This document shows, in pieces, positions 60,755 through 64,000 of a stretch of DNA of 64,000 nucleotides (the first letter of the stretch is position 1; each line of letters opens with the position of its first letter). The DNA comes from an uncultured Acidimicrobiales bacterium (GTDB lineage Bacteria; Actinomycetota; Acidimicrobiia; Acidimicrobiales; Bin134): contig OX638344.1 in assembly GCA_951813555.1 (NCBI GenBank), forward strand, positions 1,887,076-1,951,075, read 5' to 3'. Both the position numbers and the translations under genes were made by a program. A model generated the notes under the pieces. It was given only the letters and a program-made list of their open reading frames with translations, was not told where the DNA came from and made no database searches.

Positions 60755-62233
60755 TTGGCCGCGATTAGCTTGGCCTCGGTGCTGTTTCCCACCTTTACCT
60801 TTGCCGCGTTCTTCGCAGTGGTGCTGCCGGTGGGGTGGGCGCTGCGGCGGTGGCCGGTGCCGTGGAAGCTGTTCTTGCTGGGGGCCTCCTACTGGTTCTA
60901 CGCCGCCTGGGATACCCGATTCGTTCTGCTGCTAGTGGGCATGACCTTGGGAAATGCGGTGGCGGTGGCGATCAACGTGAGAGCGGCCACCGATCGGGTT
61001 CGCAAGGCGGCGGTGGCCGGCGGGGTAACGCTGAGTCTCAGCGTGCTGGCCTTTTTCAAGTACTACGACTTTTTCACCGACAGCCTCGACCGCAATCTGG
61101 GAATCTCCAGTCCGGCACTCGACATCGTGTTGCCGGTGGGGGTGTCGTTCTTCACGTTCCAGGCCATCAGCTATGTGGTGGACGTGCATCGGGGGCGCGC
61201 CGAAGAGGCCAACCTGCTCGACTTCGCGGTGTATTTGTCGTTCTTTCCCCAGTTGGTGGCCGGCCCCATTGTGAGGGCCACCGAGTTCTTGCCCCAGTTG
61301 CGCTCAGAGGCCCGCCCGGACCGGGCGGAGGTGGCCCATGCCGTCAAACTCATCGGCCGGGGCATGTTCAAGAAGGTGGTGATCGCCGACTTCCTGGCCC
61401 GAGCGGTAGTGAAGGATGCCTTCGAGGCTCCCGGCGAGCACGGGGCGCTGGACATTCTCGCCGGGATCTACGGCTACGCGGTGCAGATATACGCCGACTT
61501 CTCCGGCTACACCGACATGGCCATCGGCGTGGCCCTGCTGATGGGGTTCCGCTTCCCCCAGAACTTCGACGTGCCCTATGCGGCCGACTCCATCCAGGAC
61601 TTCTGGCGGCGGTGGCACATGACGCTGTCTCGCTGGCTGCGGGACTATCTCTACATCCCCCTGGGAGGCAACCGCAAGGGACGCCTGGCCACCTACCGGA
61701 ACCTGCTCTTGACCATGGCCTTGGGAGGCCTGTGGCACGGCGCGGCCGGGGCGTTCATCCTGTGGGGCGTCTACCACGGCGCCGGTTTGGCGGTGGAACG
61801 GTGGCGGGGCGAGGCCAAAGGGAGCGGCGCGCCGCGAGAGTTGAGCTTGAAGGGTTGGCGCTGGGGGCGGGACTGGCGCTGGACCCTCCCGCATACCGCT
61901 CGCCTGTGGATGCGGCGGCTCTGGGTCTTCCACTTCGTGTGCCTGGGCTGGGTGCTGTTCAACAGCGAGACGCTGGATCGCGCCGGTGATGTGCTGGCTC
62001 GGCTGTTCACCGGCTGGGGCACCGGTCCTGAGCTGTTGAACCCGTTGGTGGCCTTGGCCATCGTGGCCGCCCTTGCCGCCCAGTTCTTCCCCCGAGCGTG
62101 GGCCGAGAAGGGGTCGGAGGTGCTGGCGAAGGCTCCGATGGGCCTGACGGCGGTGGGCTTCTCGGTGTGGATCATGGTCGTTGTCGCCCTCGGCCCTGAG
62201 GGGGTCGCGGATTACATCTATTTCCAGTTCTGA
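60755..62233 (+). CDS. MBOAT-family membrane O-acyltransferase (AlgI/DltB-like)
   Basis: 492 aa, polytopic. Contains YADFSGYTDMAIG and the conserved His region FWRRWHMTLSRWLRDYLYIPLGGNRKG. TTG start. Confidence 0.85.
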   Translation: MAAISLASVLFPTFTFAAFFAVVLPVGWALRRWPVPWKLFLLGASYWFYAAWDTRFVLLLVGMTLGNAVAVAINVRAATDRVRKAAVAGGVTLSLSVLAFFKYYDFFTDSLDRNLGISSPALDIVLPVGVSFFTFQAISYVVDVHRGRAEEANLLDFAVYLSFFPQLVAGPIVRATEFLPQLRSEARPDRAEVAHAVKLIGRGMFKKVVIADFLARAVVKDAFEAPGEHGALDILAGIYGYAVQIYADFSGYTDMAIGVALLMGFRFPQNFDVPYAADSIQDFWRRWHMTLSRWLRDYLYIPLGGNRKGRLATYRNLLLTMALGGLWHGAAGAFILWGVYHGAGLAVERWRGEAKGSGAPRELSLKGWRWGRDWRWTLPHTARLWMRRLWVFHFVCLGWVLFNSETLDRAGDVLARLFTGWGTGPELLNPLVALAIVAALAAQFFPRAWAEKGSEVLAKAPMGLTAVGFSVWIMVVVALGPEGVADYIYFQF

Positions 62234-62261
62234 CGCCGCTGAATGGCGGCAAATCGACGAG

Positions 62262-62332
62262 AGCGGGTGACGAGAATCGAACTCGCGTCATCAGCTTGGA
62301 AGGCTGGGGTTCTACCACTGAACTACACCCGC
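62262..62332 (-). tRNA. tRNA-Gly (anticodon TCC)
   Basis: Acceptor GCGGGTG/CACCCGC, D arm GTTC/GAAC, anticodon loop CTTCCAA, T loop TTCGATT. Confidence 0.85.
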
Positions 62333-62418
62333 GGGGCTGGCTTGGAATGATAACTGCCCACCGCGGCCATCGGCTACGACACGAGGATTCGGGGGGTTGC
62401 CGGTAAAATGCCCAACCT

Positions 62419-63786
62419 GTGAAGAGCACGGTCGAGGCCTTGGAAAGCAACCGGGTCAAGGTGTCGGTGGACATCGATGCGGAGGAATTCGAGGAAAAGC
62501 TTGACGAGGCTTTCCGCAAGCTCGCCCGCCAGGTCCGCCTGCCCGGCTTCCGCCCCGGCAAAGCCCCTCGCCGAGTCCTGGAAGCCCGGCTGGGCCCCCA
62601 GGCGGCTCGGGGGGAGGCCCTCAGCGACGCGTTGCCCGAGTACTACGCCCAGGCTGTGGTCGACCACGACGTCGACGTGATCGCCCCGCCGGAGATTGAC
62701 ATCACCAGCGGAGCCGAGGACGGCTCGATCAGCTTCGACGCGGTGGTGGAGGTCCGCCCCCTGGTCACCATCACCGGATACGACCAGCTCAAGGCCGAGT
62801 TGCCCAGTCCCGAGCCCACCACCGAGGAGATCAGCCAGCAGGTGGACCAGCTCCGAAAGCAGTTCGGCGAGCTGGCCCCCGTCTCCCGGCCGGCGATCGA
62901 CGGCGACAACGTGACCATGGACATCTACGGGTCGTACAACGGCGAGGAAGTCGAGGGCCTCACCGTGGACGACTACGCCTATGAGGTGGGCCAGGGGGCC
63001 GTGGTGCCGGAGATCGACGAGCAGCTCCAGGGATCCAAGGCCGGAGACATCTTGGAATTCAACGCCGAGCACCCTGATCCCGGCGAAGACGGGCTATTGC
63101 GGTTCCGCATCCTGGTCAAGCAGGTGCAGGAGACGGTTCTGCCCGATTTCGACGATGAGTTCGCCCAAGAGGCCTCTGAGTTCGACACCGTTGACGAGCT
63201 GCGGGCTGACATCTCCGGAAACATCGCCCGAGCCAAGCGAGCCGACGCCCTGGCCTCGCTGGCAAACCAAGTGGGCGAGCAGCTCGCCGAGTTGGTGATC
63301 GACGACATTCCCGAGGCCTTGGTGGACGCCGAGGTGCAACACCGCCTCCGGACCCTCCAGATGCGACTGGCCAGCCAGGGCATTGAGATCGACACCTATT
63401 TGGAGGCCATCGGCCAGACCGCCGAGGAGCTGGCCGAGGCGCTTCGGGAACCGGCCCTCCAGGAGGCGAAAACCGACCTGGCTCTGCGGGCGGTGGCTGC
63501 GGCAGAGTCCATCGAGGCCACCGATGAAGACGTGGATTTGGAGCTGGCCATGCTGGCTGCTCAGGTGGGCCAGACCGTCGACGAGCTCAAGTCATCGGTA
63601 TTCGCTGACGATGAAAGCCGTCTCAAGGGGGTACGATTAGACGCAAAGATGCGCAGGACCCGGGAATGGGTATTGGAGCGGGTTGAGATAAAGGATCCCG
63701 ACGGAAACCCCATTGAGCGGTCTAGCCTGAACCCCGACAGCGAGTCTGACCTTCCCCCCACCACCACCGAGAGCCAAACCATATGA
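62419..63786 (+). CDS. tig: Trigger factor
   Basis: 455 aa. [43 protein letters not shown] is a typical trigger factor N-terminus. GTG start. Confidence 0.9.
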   Translation: MKSTVEALESNRVKVSVDIDAEEFEEKLDEAFRKLARQVRLPGFRPGKAPRRVLEARLGPQAARGEALSDALPEYYAQAVVDHDVDVIAPPEIDITSGAEDGSISFDAVVEVRPLVTITGYDQLKAELPSPEPTTEEISQQVDQLRKQFGELAPVSRPAIDGDNVTMDIYGSYNGEEVEGLTVDDYAYEVGQGAVVPEIDEQLQGSKAGDILEFNAEHPDPGEDGLLRFRILVKQVQETVLPDFDDEFAQEASEFDTVDELRADISGNIARAKRADALASLANQVGEQLAELVIDDIPEALVDAEVQHRLRTLQMRLASQGIEIDTYLEAIGQTAEELAEALREPALQEAKTDLALRAVAAAESIEATDEDVDLELAMLAAQVGQTVDELKSSVFADDESRLKGVRLDAKMRRTREWVLERVEIKDPDGNPIERSSLNPDSESDLPPTTTESQTI

Positions 63787-64000
63787 GACCTCAGAACTAC
63801 ATGGTGCCCGTTGTGGTCGAGCAGACCAACCGGGGCGAACGGTCGTTCGACCTGTATTCCCGACTGCTCAAGGAGAACATCATCTTCTTGGGCACTCCCA
63901 TTGACGACACGGTGGCCAATCTCATCTGCGCACAGCTTCTGCACTTGGAGTCGGAGAATCCCGACAAGGACATCAACCTCTACATCAACAGCCCGGGCGG
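63783..64000 (+). CDS. clpP: ATP-dependent Clp protease proteolytic subunit, N-terminal part (runs off window)
   Basis: My own translation: [76 protein letters not shown] 63783 overlaps the tig TGA. Alternative start at ATG 63801. Confidence 0.85.
   Translation, partial: MRPQNYMVPVVVEQTNRGERSFDLYSRLLKENIIFLGTPIDDTVANLICAQLLHLESENPDKDINLYINSPG

Noticed and set aside
62172-62561. 129-aa minus-strand ORF overlapping tRNA-Gly and the tig start
   Set aside because: It overlaps a well-folded tRNA and the trigger factor 5' end, and has Arg/Ser/Pro-rich shadow composition.
1-64000. CRISPR arrays, rRNA genes, IS elements/transposases, integrases
   Set aside because: I noticed no regularly spaced 25-40 bp repeats and no rRNA-like sequence. 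No ORF has recognisable DDE transposase or tyrosine/serine recombinase motifs. An HMM scan could still find degenerate fragments.

Overview
High-GC (Actinomycetota-like), densely coding chromosomal segment. 1-26.5 kb holds catabolic genes: a DMG/sarcosine dehydrogenase fragment plus an MttB-family methyltransferase, acyl-CoA dehydrogenases, a CoA ligase and CoA transferase, two Rieske oxygenases, a ferredoxin, several amidohydrolases, a GH2 glycosidase and a TetR regulator. 27-37 kb and 49.5-55.7 kb hold a glycine-betaine/one-carbon demethylation gene set: MTHFR, DMGDH, EtfBA, an IclR regulator, GFA, and a six-gene corrinoid methyltransferase operon. A 17-bp palindrome recurs at three promoters and appears to tie this set together. 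The set is split by a ~12 kb lower-GC accessory island (about 37.5-49.5 kb). The island carries a large N6-adenine methyltransferase, a PLD-nuclease/SNF2-helicase fusion and a GHKL (MORC-like) ATPase. An XRE/ImmA-type regulator pair precedes them, and a very AT-rich trio of small or membrane genes follows. I regard this helicase-methylase-ATPase cluster as the most interesting, poorly characterised system in the window. The right end has tRNA-Lys/His, a haloalkane dehalogenase, a VapBC module, repeat scars around tRNA-Arg, an MBOAT acyltransferase, tRNA-Gly, tig and the start of clpP. There are four toxin-antitoxin-type modules (two VapBC/Phd-PIN pairs and two paralogous RelE/ParE-like pairs) plus one orphan RHH gene. 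I found no rRNA, no CRISPR array and no recognisable integrase or transposase. Many long ORFs in the track are antisense or out-of-frame shadows typical of high-GC DNA and were not called. All family assignments rest on motifs I read in the translations; no database search was run.
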